Positions 33,179 through 42,965 of a stretch of 64,000 bases of DNA are shown here, piece after piece (position 1 is the stretch's first letter; each line of letters begins with the position of its first letter). The translations under genes were made by a program, and so were the position numbers. A model generated the notes under the pieces. That model was not told where the DNA came from. It saw nothing but the letters and a program-made list of their open reading frames with translations, and searched no databases. Source of the DNA: Bacillota bacterium (GTDB taxonomy: Bacteria; Patescibacteriota; Saccharimonadia; Saccharimonadales; UBA4665); assembly GCA_035478295.1 (NCBI GenBank), contig DATIJU010000014.1, positions 202,911 through 266,910 on the forward strand, in the 5' to 3' direction.

Positions 33179-36100
33179 CTAGAGATCAACTCCGGTGTCG
33201 CCGACGTCCACTCCCTGGTCCACCACCCACATATCAAAGTTACCGGCGTCAGCAAGCCAGGTAGACGTACCTGACCCCAAGGTGCGAATACCGCTAAGGA
33301 GCAAGCTGGCATTTGTCGTATCGGCCGTCGCCGTGAATGCGGTGCCACAAGTCATAGATCGCTGATCCGGTTCTTCAGCATAAATAAGAGCCGTGGACGA
33401 AGTTGTTGCCGTGCCGGATTGGTTCAGACGCAAGCGCATGGCAGTAATATCGGTGTCCACCGTAGAATCAAATCGTGACGGCGAACAATATACGGCGTAG
33501 CGACGGCCATTTACTAATGTCATGTTATCAATGCGGAGTATACCCACTTCAGTACCGGTTATACTTCCCTTATTGGTGGTGCGATTTGCCCGCGCAATGA
33601 TACCGCCGCTTAGACAGTTAACCCAGACGCCATTCTGGTAGCAGCGGAAGGCCTTGGACAAGGCATTATAGTAGATAGCCCCGTTAGTGCCATAGGACGG
33701 GTCAGCGGTGCTAGTATCTTTGGTGTCAAAAACAGCAAGCGTTGGCGTACCACCGCCAAGGCCGGCACCGAATGTTACAAGCGGTCCATTCAGCGTAGGA
33801 TCGCCACGCAGGAAGGTGTATTGCGTGCCGGAACCAAATGCCGTGCCACTCCAGCCAGACCACCACATGCTGCCGGGTCCGGTTCCACCGGCAGACTCTA
33901 TATCTATGCCTGAACCGTCAGTACGGAAGCGTAAGCCTTTAGTTGAGTTGCTTGTACTGTCGGTAAGCAAAAAGCGAGACATAACAGCCTGATTGTTTAC
34001 GGTATCCACTTGGAATGCCGGTACGCCCGCCGCACTAAAGACCTGGAAAGCGCCTGTCGAATTATTGGACGGCTGAACCGTTAGCTGACCGTTAATGGCG
34101 CTGCTACTAAAATCGAGTGTACCCGAGTAGTATGCGCCATTGTCGGTGGTTGACTGCGTAAGCTGCGCATTGTCGATCCAGAAGGTAGCCGGAGAGCTAA
34201 CCGCCGGATTTTCAATGTAGATGTAGGGGCTGCCACTAGGAGCGCCCGCCACAAAAGTACAACTAAAACGCATCCAGCCAGTAGTGTAAAAAGTGGGGTA
34301 ATTACTGACGCAGTCATTTTCGCCGGCGAAAGCCCCTGTATTTGAATAACCCGCGTCTACTGTCGTGCCGCCGCTGGACGATTTGATATAGAACGACAAC
34401 GTATACGACTGGCCGTTAGTAAGCGAAATGGGATATTTAGCCCCTGCATATTGCGGGTTAGTCGTGATCGTTACCTGCATCGAACCCAAACCGGCATAAG
34501 GCGCAGTGGTAACACGCGACAAACTAATAGTACCGGGGTTAACAATCGCCCACGGGGCTGTGGTATTTGTTTCAAAACCGGGATTCGTGAGCAGATTCGT
34601 CTTCGCGACCGTCGACATATTGAATAAAACGTCGTTGGAGCTATTTTGCACCTGCACAGCCGCCGTTGAATTACCGGCAGCAGTGGAGCGGAAGAGTGCA
34701 CCAGCAGAAGTTGAACTGCTGGAGAACGTGAGCGTACCGCCCTGCAGTGTCGTACTGTTGGCCGTGTTATTTGTCGAACCAATAACAACAGATTGTGTAC
34801 CGGTTGCGTTGGTGGTGTTAGCAATATTAACGGTGCTGCTTACTGTCGATGAACCCGTAGCGCCAATATTGGTTGTACCCCCACTCGAACCTAGGCTGAG
34901 TGCGTTTGCCGCCCAATCCGTCTGGAAGTAATTGCGGAAGTTTGTGCCGTCGTAACCATACAGCCACAGATCGGTGTTATTAGCCCGCTTGGAGATTGTA
35001 TACTGAATATTGCTGGCGCTGAGGACGGAACCGCTCTGTATAAATATGCCACTATCCGTACCGCTCTTCGTACTTAAGAACAACGTCGTAACGCCGGTAG
35101 TTGCCGTGCCGACATAGAGGCCGCCCGTACCGCTTGTAGTATCAACCCGCAAGATAGACTGGCCGCCCGAATCCTGTACCTGGAAGGCGTTTGTTGAGTT
35201 AGTGTCACTCTGCGCGATAACACTGCCTGACGAAGAGTTGCTTTGGAGCGTTACGGTGTTGCCCTGTATTGTCGTACTGTTGGCCGTGTTGGACACAGAA
35301 CCAATAGTAACCGCTTGCGTACCGGTGGCGTCGGTAGTGTCCGCAATATGAATCGTCGAACCAGTCGTGGCCGTTCCGATAGAACCAATATTTACGCCGC
35401 CGGTGGTGCCGCTGCGGATGGTGACCGTATTGGCTGCCTTGGCGCTCGAACCGATAGCAACCGTCTGCGTACCCGTAGCGTCGGTGGTATTAGCAATGTT
35501 GACCAGCGAAGCATTGGTAAAGTTGCTCGTAGAACCAATGTTAACGCCGCCAGAAGATCCGCCACGCAGGTTCAGCTGGTTGCTGATATTCGACAGGCTA
35601 CCAATGTTAAGGGTTTGTGTGCCAGTGCCGTCGGTTGTAGATGCGATATTAATTACCGAGCTAAAGGTATCGGTAATCGTGGGGCCTAGGTTTATGGAGC
35701 TACTAGGGCCACTCAGCAAAACTATCTTACTTGTTGTAGTTGTCGAACCGATGGTTACTACTTGAGCCGCAGTACCAGTACCGATGTTTATGCTCCGCGC
35801 CTGGTTGCCGGCGCCGATGTTAATACTGCCAGTGCCGGAGTCAATGCTGACCGATGGGTTAGAGGTGTTGTTGCCGATCTGAAGTGCCTTGGCATTGGTA
35901 CCGCCCAAATTAACGGTTGGCGTACCGCTGCTGGTGCTCCCGGTATCGATGAGTATATCACCCGCCTTGCCAGTCGACGAGTTACCACTCTGAAGGGTCA
36001 TATTGCCGCTTGCGCCTGAAGTATCCTGGCCAAAAAGCGAAATACCGTTTGGCCCAAGCAGCTTCAGCACACCGGTAGTGCGCGTAATGTCGGCAGTGGT

Positions 36101-39100
36101 TGTTGCCGAGCCAAACGAAATGCCGTTCGTAAGCGTACCGCCAAAGAGTATACCCGTACCGAGCGTACCCAGCGATTGCGTAATATTAATACCATTAGTG
36201 AGCGTACCGCCGGTACCATTACGGTTTATCAACAATCCGTTAGTTACGGCTGCCGAGGTGTTTGTGACGTTGATCTGTACCGTGTCACTTGGATTATTGG
36301 TATTGGCCTGATTAAAGATAGCCGCTGCGGCTGTCGTTGCGTTACTTGTAGCGTTGACCGTCAGACCCACCACACCTGCCGCCGTGGGGGTAATAGTGTT
36401 GATTGCTGTAGTGCCGGGTACCTGAATCAGATAGCTGCCCGATGCCTGATACCCAGCACAAACGCTGTTTGTAGTACAAACCGTAGCATTTGCCGTAATT
36501 ACCGGCAGCGAAAGCGTAAAATTACCCACATTCGGAATTGCTGGTCCGGACAAGGTTAATGTTCCGGCACCACCCGAGCCTTTAAGGATAATTGCACCGG
36601 TGCTCGTGTTTGAGACGCCGAGTGTAAGCGCGTTTGATCCTTGGACGGTAAGCGTGCCACCAATGGTGGCATCGTTCGTCACACTCAAAGCCGTACCGCT
36701 GGCGCTAAAGGTAGACGCACCAGTAAAGGTGTTGGCTGTTGCGCCGCTCTGCGTATAGCCACCACTGGTTGTTATACCGGCTACCCCAGTTAATATGCCA
36801 CCGGTAGATATGTTTACACCATTAGAAGTCACCTGGAACGTACCCGTAGCGTTACCTATGGCGGTGTTGGCGGTGCCGGTTGTGTTTAGACTTGTAGCGC
36901 CCGCTACGGTCAATGCGCCGAGCGTACCTACGCCGGTAATATTGCCATACGAACCACTAGAGAGATCAATATTTGCGATGGTGCCGTCAGCGATCTTACC
37001 GCTGGTAACAGCACCCGTCTGAATAGTAGCCACCGCAGCGGAGCTCAGAGCTATGTCGCCGCCGATACTCTGGTTTACCCAAGCCGAACCGTTGTACTGC
37101 AAAATATTACCGCTGGCTACCGAGCTAATAGTAAGTGTGCCTCCCTGAAGCTTGGCGATGGCAGGGTTGGGATAGCTACCGGTGAGGTCACCGCCCGCAC
37201 TGCCGGCAGCAGTACAGTTGCCCGTGCTTAAGCAAATGTTTGCCGTGCCGCCCACGCCAGGATCGGGTAGCGTGTAGGTGCTTGGCTGCCCTAAATTAGC
37301 CACCTGCAAACTGCCTGCGCTCCCGGCTCCGGTCAATACCAGAAGCGGTGTAGTAACACTAGTGCCAAACGTGGGATTATTGACAGTACTCAGTGCACCG
37401 CAGGTACCGCCAGTACCCAGTGTAATGCTCGTGCCACCGCCGGTGAGATTGCCGCTACCGCTTGGACAAGTAAGCGTAACATTGCCTTGGACGGCAGTAT
37501 TCGCCGAGCTACCATATGCAACGCTCAGTGTTGGCGTGCTTCCTTCGCCTGTGTTGCCCGTGGCAGAAAGGCCGGTAAGCGTACCTAATGTAGCAACATA
37601 ATTACCAGTAGTGTCGGTGCCAAGGGCGACCGAGTTAGGCTGAATGGCAGTAACGCCAGTATTCGAAACGCTTACGTCGCCGCTAAAGCTAACAAATGTG
37701 GGCACGCCAGAAGCGTTGGCAATAAGCACTTGGCCGCCCGTACCAGCAGTCGTAACTCCTATAGCGCTCGTCCCATTGCCAAACAAAACACCATTAGCTG
37801 AAAGTGTGTTAGCGCCGGTACCGCCATTACCTACCGACAGCTGCGTGTTAAGTAAGAGATCACCCGCAATGGTAATCGTTGTACCGCTCTGGGTGACAAT
37901 CGAATTACCGATAGATGAAGTACCGGTAAATACCGGGATAGTTCCGCTACTGCCGGTGCCGGTGACTGCACCACCGGCACCGCCGTCATCATCAGCACAG
38001 CTAAGTACTCCGGAGCTATTAGTAGTTAAGGCGCCACCATTTGCGAACGTCGTACAATTTAGCCCGCTAAACGTCACCGTTCCGGACGTTGCAATACCGG
38101 TTGCCGCCGTAATAGCGCCACCGGAGCTAATTTGGAAGGCGTTACTCGTGCCGCTCGCAAATGACGCCGATACGTCCAGGCTGCCAGTTACATTTACACT
38201 ATCCTGCAATTCAATCGTGGTGCCTGCGTCTATGGCTACAATCTGGCCAGCAGCGCTGCTCATAGTAAGCGCCCCGGAGCTTTGCAAAATCGGCGTAGTA
38301 ACACTAGTGCTAAACGTTGGGTTATTAACAGTAGCTATCGTAAAGTTACCATTGGCACCCGCATCGGTAAACGATATGTTGGCACCCGCGCTTAAGGAAC
38401 GTTCATTGCTCAAACTGCCGTGCAATGTAGTTACCAGGTAGGTTGCATCGCTTGGTGCGCCACCACCGCCGCCGCCAATACAATTACCTGTGCTCAAACA
38501 GAAGCTAGCTGGACCGCCGGCATCTGGCAACGTGTATACACGGTCGGCACTTAATCCAGCCGTCACAATCGAAACAGTGTTAGAGGAACCATCGCTAATA
38601 GCAAGCGTCCCCGACTGCGAGAGCGTACCGAATGTGCTCGTGCCGCCTTGCACTACCAAGTTGGCCGTACCATTCACGGTTACCGTTGTGCCGTCGTCGG
38701 AAATAGTCGAATCACCCAGTGCCTGCGCGCCGGTAAATTTGCTGACGCGATCTGTAGTGCCACCACTAGTCGTTACGCCAGTACCACTGCCGGCACAGTT
38801 ACCCGTAGTCAAACAAACAGTTGCCGCGCCTACACCCGGATCGGGTAGCGTGTATATCGTGTCTTGACCAAGAGCTGCGGTCTTCAGCGTACCAATATTA
38901 GATGAACCATCGTTCAAAACAACACTACCTTGCTGAATAGTTGTTCCAATTGTGGCCGTAGCGCCCTGGACGGCCAGTGTTCCAGTAAACGTGGGACTAT
39001 TGGCAACATTAAGCGTCACCGTACCACCAGCCCCCAAAGTAATACTGCCACCTCCCGTTAGATTAGTGCCGGCGCTTACCGAGATGGTAGTGTTGCCCTG

Positions 39101-41014
39101 GACAGCCGTGCCCGAGGTATTGCCATACAGCACACTTACCGTAGGTGTCCAACCCTCGCCCGCAACGCCTGTAACGCTTGTACCGGCGCCCGCCGTCAGG
39201 CCCAGCACGTAATTACCGGTGGTGTCGGCACCAAGGGCGACCGAGTTAGGCTGAATGCTCGCAACACCGATGTCAGTAATAGTTATGTCGCCACTGAGGG
39301 TGTGATTTTCCCAGGCATTATTCGCGCCGTTATACACAAGTACATGGCCTCCCGCCGGAGTGCTAATGGTGAGCGTACCGCCCTGCAGCTTCGCAATAGT
39401 CGGGTTAGGATACGTGCCGGTAAGGTCACCGCCAGCCGCGCCGGCCGCTGTACAGTTAGCAGCCGTAGTACAAACTGTATAGGTGCCGGCGGTAGCTGCG
39501 CGGTCAAAATTGTAAGTAACTGCCCCTGTTGGCGAGCCACTAAAGCCAACACTCGTATTCTGACCGCCACCGCTTACCGTAATTTTAGAACTGGCATTAC
39601 CCGAAAGCGTAAACGCTTGCAATGCCGAACCAACTGTCATAGAACTGCTCGGTGTAATCGTATTTGTATTCACTCCCGTAAAGGTCGGCGTAGAGCCTGT
39701 GCTGATGTTTTGCACAGTATTCACTGCGCCGCCCGTCACCGTAAAGTTAGTGCTGTTAAAGCTCGCTATGCCCTTATTCGTAGCGCTCGCATCATCAATG
39801 GTGATGGTATTTACTGAACTGGTTGCATTGGCGAGCGTGAGGTTGCCATTCAAGCCATTGAGACTCGTGACGCCACTCCCGCTTACGCAAGATTGGAATA
39901 CTGGTGCACCGCCGGTGGACACTAAACAAAGGCCAGGGCTTGCCGCAGTGACGCCACTCAGGGATGCGGCGCCGCTGCCCACTATGACACTATTAGCCGG
40001 GAAACTACTGGCACCGGTGCCACCGCTCGCAGTCGCCAGTGCAGAGCCCAAGGTCAACCCCCCGGTTACGCCCAAGTTGCCGTTCGCCGTAACGGTACCG
40101 CCGCTTTCGCTCAATATCGAGTCTTCTATGTCCTGCACGCCGGTAAATTTAGCTATGCGGCCCGCAGTGCCACCGGCGCTCGTAACCGTACCACTTCCAC
40201 CTCCGACGTTACTGATGGTAAGGTTACCGTTTCCGTCATTCGCGACAACCAAGTTTGGCGTACCGGCAGTTACACTTATGACGCCTGTATTCTGAATGTT
40301 GTTACCGATGATAGCTAAGCCGCCGCCCAAGCTTATGGCGCCGTCAACCTCGGCAATAGAGGTAACGCCGGTTGCTGGCGCCGGGAATGCAGCAGTTAAC
40401 TGATTACCAATGATGCTCAAGCCGCCGCCAAGCGTAATATCACCGCTCGCACCACCCAGATGCTGCACTACTGCACTCTCTTGTGCAAGCGCAACGTAGT
40501 CCGTTCCGTTGTAGTACGCCAGCTGATTCGTATTTTGATCGTAGTACAGTTGGCCGGCAGTCGATGCATTAGGCTGCACAGAGGGCGACACAACAACGCC
40601 GCCGTTTAATTTAAGCGGCCCGTTAATAGTTACGCTGCCCGTATCCAGCTTTATGCCATCTTCGGTAGCAACAAACTCGCTCAGGGGCAGTTGTACTGTA
40701 GAAAATTGATCAGAGATATTACTGGTAACGTTCGCTGCCGGCGTGCGGTGCTTGTGCCATGCCGTACCGACCACCAAACTCGCGGCGCCCAGCACCAAGA
40801 GTGCGAGCAGCACAACGTCAACCCGCCGCAGGAGAAGATTAGGTAAACTCGTCCGGGCAACGTGCATAACTTGAGGTGAGCTAGCCAGAGGCTCAGCTTG
40901 AAGCGATAGCGCGTTCGACTCATCCTGCCGAACTGAGCCGCCACCAACAGAAATGAGAGAGCCCCCACTCATATCAGCAGATTGATTACTAGTGCTTTGG
41001 TTTTTATTTTTCAC
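33179..41014 (-). CDS. Giant surface fibre/adhesin-like protein 2 (2611 aa), N-terminal signal anchor
   Basis: Uninterrupted 7.8-kb ORF with a GTG start. TM anchor (VVLLALLVLGAASLVVG). The N-terminal ~200 aa are homologous to giant 1 (VSPSVQPNA..GQ.Y.DQNTNQLAYYNGT). Three Y-x-LPDxG...C-x5-C loops. GDLTG.YPNP.IAKLQGG modules. One CBM4_9-like module (~34154..34597; NLLTNPGFETNTTAPW). Unique ~140-aa C-terminal domain. Confidence 0.9.
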   Translation of the reverse strand: MKNKNQSTSNQSADMSGGSLISVGGGSVRQDESNALSLQAEPLASSPQVMHVARTSLPNLLLRRVDVVLLALLVLGAASLVVGTAWHKHRTPAANVTSNISDQFSTVQLPLSEFVATEDGIKLDTGSVTINGPLKLNGGVVVSPSVQPNASTAGQLYYDQNTNQLAYYNGTDYVALAQESAVVQHLGGASGDITLGGGLSIIGNQLTAAFPAPATGVTSIAEVDGAISLGGGLAIIGNNIQNTGVISVTAGTPNLVVANDGNGNLTISNVGGGSGTVTSAGGTAGRIAKFTGVQDIEDSILSESGGTVTANGNLGVTGGLTLGSALATASGGTGASSFPANSVIVGSGAASLSGVTAASPGLCLVSTGGAPVFQSCVSGSGVTSLNGLNGNLTLANATSSVNTITIDDASATNKGIASFNSTNFTVTGGAVNTVQNISTGSTPTFTGVNTNTITPSSSMTVGSALQAFTLSGNASSKITVSGGGQNTSVGFSGSPTGAVTYNFDRAATAGTYTVCTTAANCTAAGAAGGDLTGTYPNPTIAKLQGGTLTISTPAGGHVLVYNGANNAWENHTLSGDITITDIGVASIQPNSVALGADTTGNYVLGLTAGAGTSVTGVAGEGWTPTVSVLYGNTSGTAVQGNTTISVSAGTNLTGGGSITLGAGGTVTLNVANSPTFTGTLAVQGATATIGTTIQQGSVVLNDGSSNIGTLKTAALGQDTIYTLPDPGVGAATVCLTTGNCAGSGTGVTTSGGTTDRVSKFTGAQALGDSTISDDGTTVTVNGTANLVVQGGTSTFGTLSQSGTLAISDGSSNTVSIVTAGLSADRVYTLPDAGGPASFCLSTGNCIGGGGGGAPSDATYLVTTLHGSLSNERSLSAGANISFTDAGANGNFTIATVNNPTFSTSVTTPILQSSGALTMSSAAGQIVAIDAGTTIELQDSVNVTGSLDVSASFASGTSNAFQISSGGAITAATGIATSGTVTFSGLNCTTFANGGALTTNSSGVLSCADDDGGAGGAVTGTGSSGTIPVFTGTSSIGNSIVTQSGTTITIAGDLLLNTQLSVGNGGTGANTLSANGVLFGNGTSAIGVTTAGTGGQVLIANASGVPTFVSFSGDVSVSNTGVTAIQPNSVALGTDTTGNYVATLGTLTGLSATGNTGEGSTPTLSVAYGSSANTAVQGNVTLTCPSGSGNLTGGGTSITLGTGGTCGALSTVNNPTFGTSVTTPLLVLTGAGSAGSLQVANLGQPSTYTLPDPGVGGTANICLSTGNCTAAGSAGGDLTGSYPNPAIAKLQGGTLTISSVASGNILQYNGSAWVNQSIGGDIALSSAAVATIQTGAVTSGKIADGTIANIDLSSGSYGNITGVGTLGALTVAGATSLNTTGTANTAIGNATGTFQVTSNGVNISTGGILTGVAGITTSGGYTQSGATANTFTGASTFSASGTALSVTNDATIGGTLTVQGSNALTLGVSNTSTGAIILKGSGGAGTLTLSGPAIPNVGNFTLSLPVITANATVCTTNSVCAGYQASGSYLIQVPGTTAINTITPTAAGVVGLTVNATSNATTAAAAIFNQANTNNPSDTVQINVTNTSAAVTNGLLINRNGTGGTLTNGINITQSLGTLGTGILFGGTLTNGISFGSATTTADITRTTGVLKLLGPNGISLFGQDTSGASGNMTLQSGNSSTGKAGDILIDTGSTSSGTPTVNLGGTNAKALQIGNNTSNPSVSIDSGTGSINIGAGNQARSINIGTGTAAQVVTIGSTTTTSKIVLLSGPSSSINLGPTITDTFSSVINIASTTDGTGTQTLNIGSLSNISNQLNLRGGSSGGVNIGSTSNFTNASLVNIANTTDATGTQTVAIGSSAKAANTVTIRSGTTGGVNIGSIGTATTGSTIHIADTTDATGTQAVTIGSVSNTANSTTIQGNTVTLQSNSSSGSVIAQSDTNSTNAFQVQDSGGQSILRVDTTSGTGGLYVGTATTGVTTLFLSTKSGTDSGIFIQSGSVLSASNIQYTISKRANNTDLWLYGYDGTNFRNYFQTDWAANALSLGSSGGTTNIGATGSSTVSSTVNIANTTNATGTQSVVIGSTNNTANSTTLQGGTLTFSSSSTSAGALFRSTAAGNSTAAVQVQNSSNDVLFNMSTVAKTNLLTNPGFETNTTAPWAIVNPGTISLSRVTTAPYAGLGSMQVTITTNPQYAGAKYPISLTNGQSYTLSFYIKSSSGGTTVDAGYSNTGAFAGENDCVSNYPTFYTTGWMRFSCTFVAGAPSGSPYIYIENPAVSSPATFWIDNAQLTQSTTDNGAYYSGTLDFSSSAINGQLTVQPSNNSTGAFQVFSAAGVPAFQVDTVNNQAVMSRFLLTDSTSNSTKGLRFRTDGSGIDIESAGGTGPGSMWWSGWSGTAFGSGTQYTFLRGDPTLNGPLVTFGAGLGGGTPTLAVFDTKDTSTADPSYGTNGAIYYNALSKAFRCYQNGVWVNCLSGGIIARANRTTNKGSITGTEVGILRIDNMTLVNGRRYAVYCSPSRFDSTVDTDITAMRLRLNQSGTATTSSTALIYAEEPDQRSMTCGTAFTATADTTNASLLLSGIRTLGSGTSTWLADAGNFDMWVVDQGVDVGDTGVDL

Positions 41015-41067
41015 AGGTTTTTGTTTTGACCCCTGCAGTGGCAGAGGTGGTATGTCCCGTAATTATC

Positions 41068-41096
41068 ATGGTACGCGGCTTAGGAGTCACAGGCAA
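41068..41096 (-). promoter_or_regulatory. Candidate promoter of giant gene 2 (TTGCCT, 17 nt spacer, TACCAT)
   Basis: Minus-strand -35 at 41091..41096 and -10 at 41068..41073. It is positionally equivalent to the element upstream of giant gene 1. Confidence 0.4.
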
Positions 41097-41146
41097 GCGC
41101 TAACTGATCACAATAAGAACTTTTAGCGAAACTGTGGAAAACTCTG

Positions 41147-41983
41147 TTACACCGTTAAAATCAAATACACGATCATGATAGTGAAAGCCAGGGTGCCAAC
41201 CGTCGTAAGGCCTACTTGAAACAAACTCTTGCGTACCGCCGGTTCGCTCAGCGGGTTGCGGCCAATCGCGATAATGCTGGAGCGTACCGCCGAATATAGC
41301 AGCATGGCAATAGCTACAAACAGCAGCATGGTCAAGAAGCCCGCGACCAAAACTCGCACCGGCGACACAGTATGCCCGGCAAGATTGCTCACAAAATCCT
41401 GTACGGCCGACGGCACAATCGACGGCGCGGCGGGTGCCTGAAAAAATCCCGGCGCCACCAAAACGCCAATCGAACCAATATGCACAATGCGATCTTTGCC
41501 GTTCTTGTCTGTGAGTGTTCGCGTTTGCGCAGCGTTCACATCGAAGTCCGCCTGAGCACTCCCGACAATTGTCGAAGATTGCGTCGTCTTCATGCCCACG
41601 CCGTCAATTGGAGATGCGGCAATTCTATCACCAGCTTTTACAACTCCGTTAATGTCACTAACCAGCATTGGTGTCGTACCTCTTGTGACCACTTGGATAG
41701 CGCTGCCGTTAGATAGTTCAATGAGCGAGCCAGCGCCGACCACCCCTAAGATGTGCCGTGAATTACTCACCGTCGTCAGCTCCACCACATTGCCGCTCTT
41801 AGCCTGCAAACTCACCATCGCCCCAGATACAATTCCCGGGCCGGCCGCCTGAAAACTTTGGGCTATAGCCGAGCCCGCACTCACACTCGATGGCAAGAAT
41901 GCGCAGCCCAGCAGCGCCACTGTGGCGAAACCAAAGGCTGTACCACGTATATGCAACGACCAATTACGCGATTTAACCTTCAC
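41147..41983 (-). CDS. Giant-protein partner protein A2 (paralogue of 29263..30105)
   Basis: 278 aa with a GTG start preceded by GGGGA. Same architecture as A1 and collinear similarity throughout (ILGVVGAGSLIELSNGSAIQVVTRGTTPMLVSDINGVVKAGDRIAASPIDGVGMK; RSSIIAIGRNPLSEP; C-terminal YLILTV). Confidence 0.8.
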   Translation of the reverse strand: MKVKSRNWSLHIRGTAFGFATVALLGCAFLPSSVSAGSAIAQSFQAAGPGIVSGAMVSLQAKSGNVVELTTVSNSRHILGVVGAGSLIELSNGSAIQVVTRGTTPMLVSDINGVVKAGDRIAASPIDGVGMKTTQSSTIVGSAQADFDVNAAQTRTLTDKNGKDRIVHIGSIGVLVAPGFFQAPAAPSIVPSAVQDFVSNLAGHTVSPVRVLVAGFLTMLLFVAIAMLLYSAVRSSIIAIGRNPLSEPAVRKSLFQVGLTTVGTLAFTIMIVYLILTV

Positions 41984-42007
41984 TGGGTCCCCATCTTTAT
42001 GCTTACG

Positions 42008-42013
42008 ATTATA
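42008..42013 (-). promoter_or_regulatory. -10 box TATAAT of partner gene A2
   Basis: The minus strand reads GGGTATAATCGTAAGCA, about 25 nt upstream of the GTG start. Confidence 0.4.
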
Positions 42014-42028
42014 CCCTCAAATATTGAA

Positions 42029-42048
42029 TAAAAAACGAGCAATTGCTC
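42029..42048 (-). terminator. Candidate terminator after the 282-aa anchored-protein gene
   Basis: The minus strand reads GAGCAATTGCTC (self-complementary) followed by GTTTTTTATTC. A second 8-bp hairpin, aactagcc/ggctagtt, lies at 42056..42077. Confidence 0.45.
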
Positions 42049-42075
42049 AGGTACAAACTAGCCTTTTAAGGCTAG

Positions 42076-42924
42076 TTACTCGAGATCATCAATGTAATCC
42101 CCCCAAGACAACTCATTTACGAGGCTGGTGGAACGTATTAAAACGAGCAGTTGTTTCTTAGCAAAAATGACCGATCCCGCCCCATTGCTTGCAGTGCCAG
42201 TGTACGCCGTTATGCCACCCCTGCTCTGGATCTTTTTCGTGGAGCCGAATTGCTTTGCAACCTGCCGCACATGCGAATCAATGCTACCAGAGAAACTATC
42301 CGGCATCTGTTGCTCACTCACCACAATATGAACACCACCCAACTGATCCGAATAGGCAAATACGGGATCGCTACTTGGTGGGCTCACTCGCCCCCAGCCG
42401 CCGAGGTCTTCAATGGTTTTATTAGCAGGCAGAATAGTCGTAAATTCCGGCTTCTCATCGCTGTTGGTTGTAGCGGTAGCGCCGGAAACCGCAGACCCAC
42501 CTGTATGCGCAGAACTGGCGGGCTTATCGGACTTGTCATACATTCCCCGAGTGCCGATAACAAAAACAGCGAGCAAGCCCGCAGCCAAAGCAGTCGCCCA
42601 TTGCTTCCGGCTCAATTTTGGCAATCTGATACGGTGCAACTTATCGGCTAGGTGCAGCTTGGGCAGGCTAATCTTTATCTCAATCTCTTTAGGAGCACCG
42701 GGCGCAGTCGGCGCTGCCTGGCTGCCAAACATTCCAAAACGTCGCTTCTGTTTCTTCTCCGCCTTACGCCTGTCCCGCTCTATGGCATCAGCTAGCCGGA
42801 TACGATCGCGCTCCGCCCAAATATCAGCAACATCCACATCTCCACTCGCCGCCCTAAGGCTGCCGTCGGCGGCGCGCCGCAAAACAGGCCGTGGCCGTTT
42901 TATCTGCCGTTCTACTTCCCTCAT
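42076..42924 (-). CDS. Small membrane-anchored protein, family member 3 (long basic N-terminus)
   Basis: The longest ORF starts on TTG at 42939. The ATG at 42924 is preferred (MREVERQIKRP...). ~110-aa Arg/Lys-rich cytoplasmic region, one TM segment (WATALAAGLLAVFVIG), and an ectodomain with VVSEQQMPDSF that resembles VLSEQQLPD in 17296..17826. Confidence 0.6.
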   Translation of the reverse strand: MREVERQIKRPRPVLRRAADGSLRAASGDVDVADIWAERDRIRLADAIERDRRKAEKKQKRRFGMFGSQAAPTAPGAPKEIEIKISLPKLHLADKLHRIRLPKLSRKQWATALAAGLLAVFVIGTRGMYDKSDKPASSAHTGGSAVSGATATTNSDEKPEFTTILPANKTIEDLGGWGRVSPPSSDPVFAYSDQLGGVHIVVSEQQMPDSFSGSIDSHVRQVAKQFGSTKKIQSRGGITAYTGTASNGAGSVIFAKKQLLVLIRSTSLVNELSWGDYIDDLE

Positions 42925-42965
42925 AACTAAAGTATACAAGAGTTAAACTTGTACTTAAATCAGAC

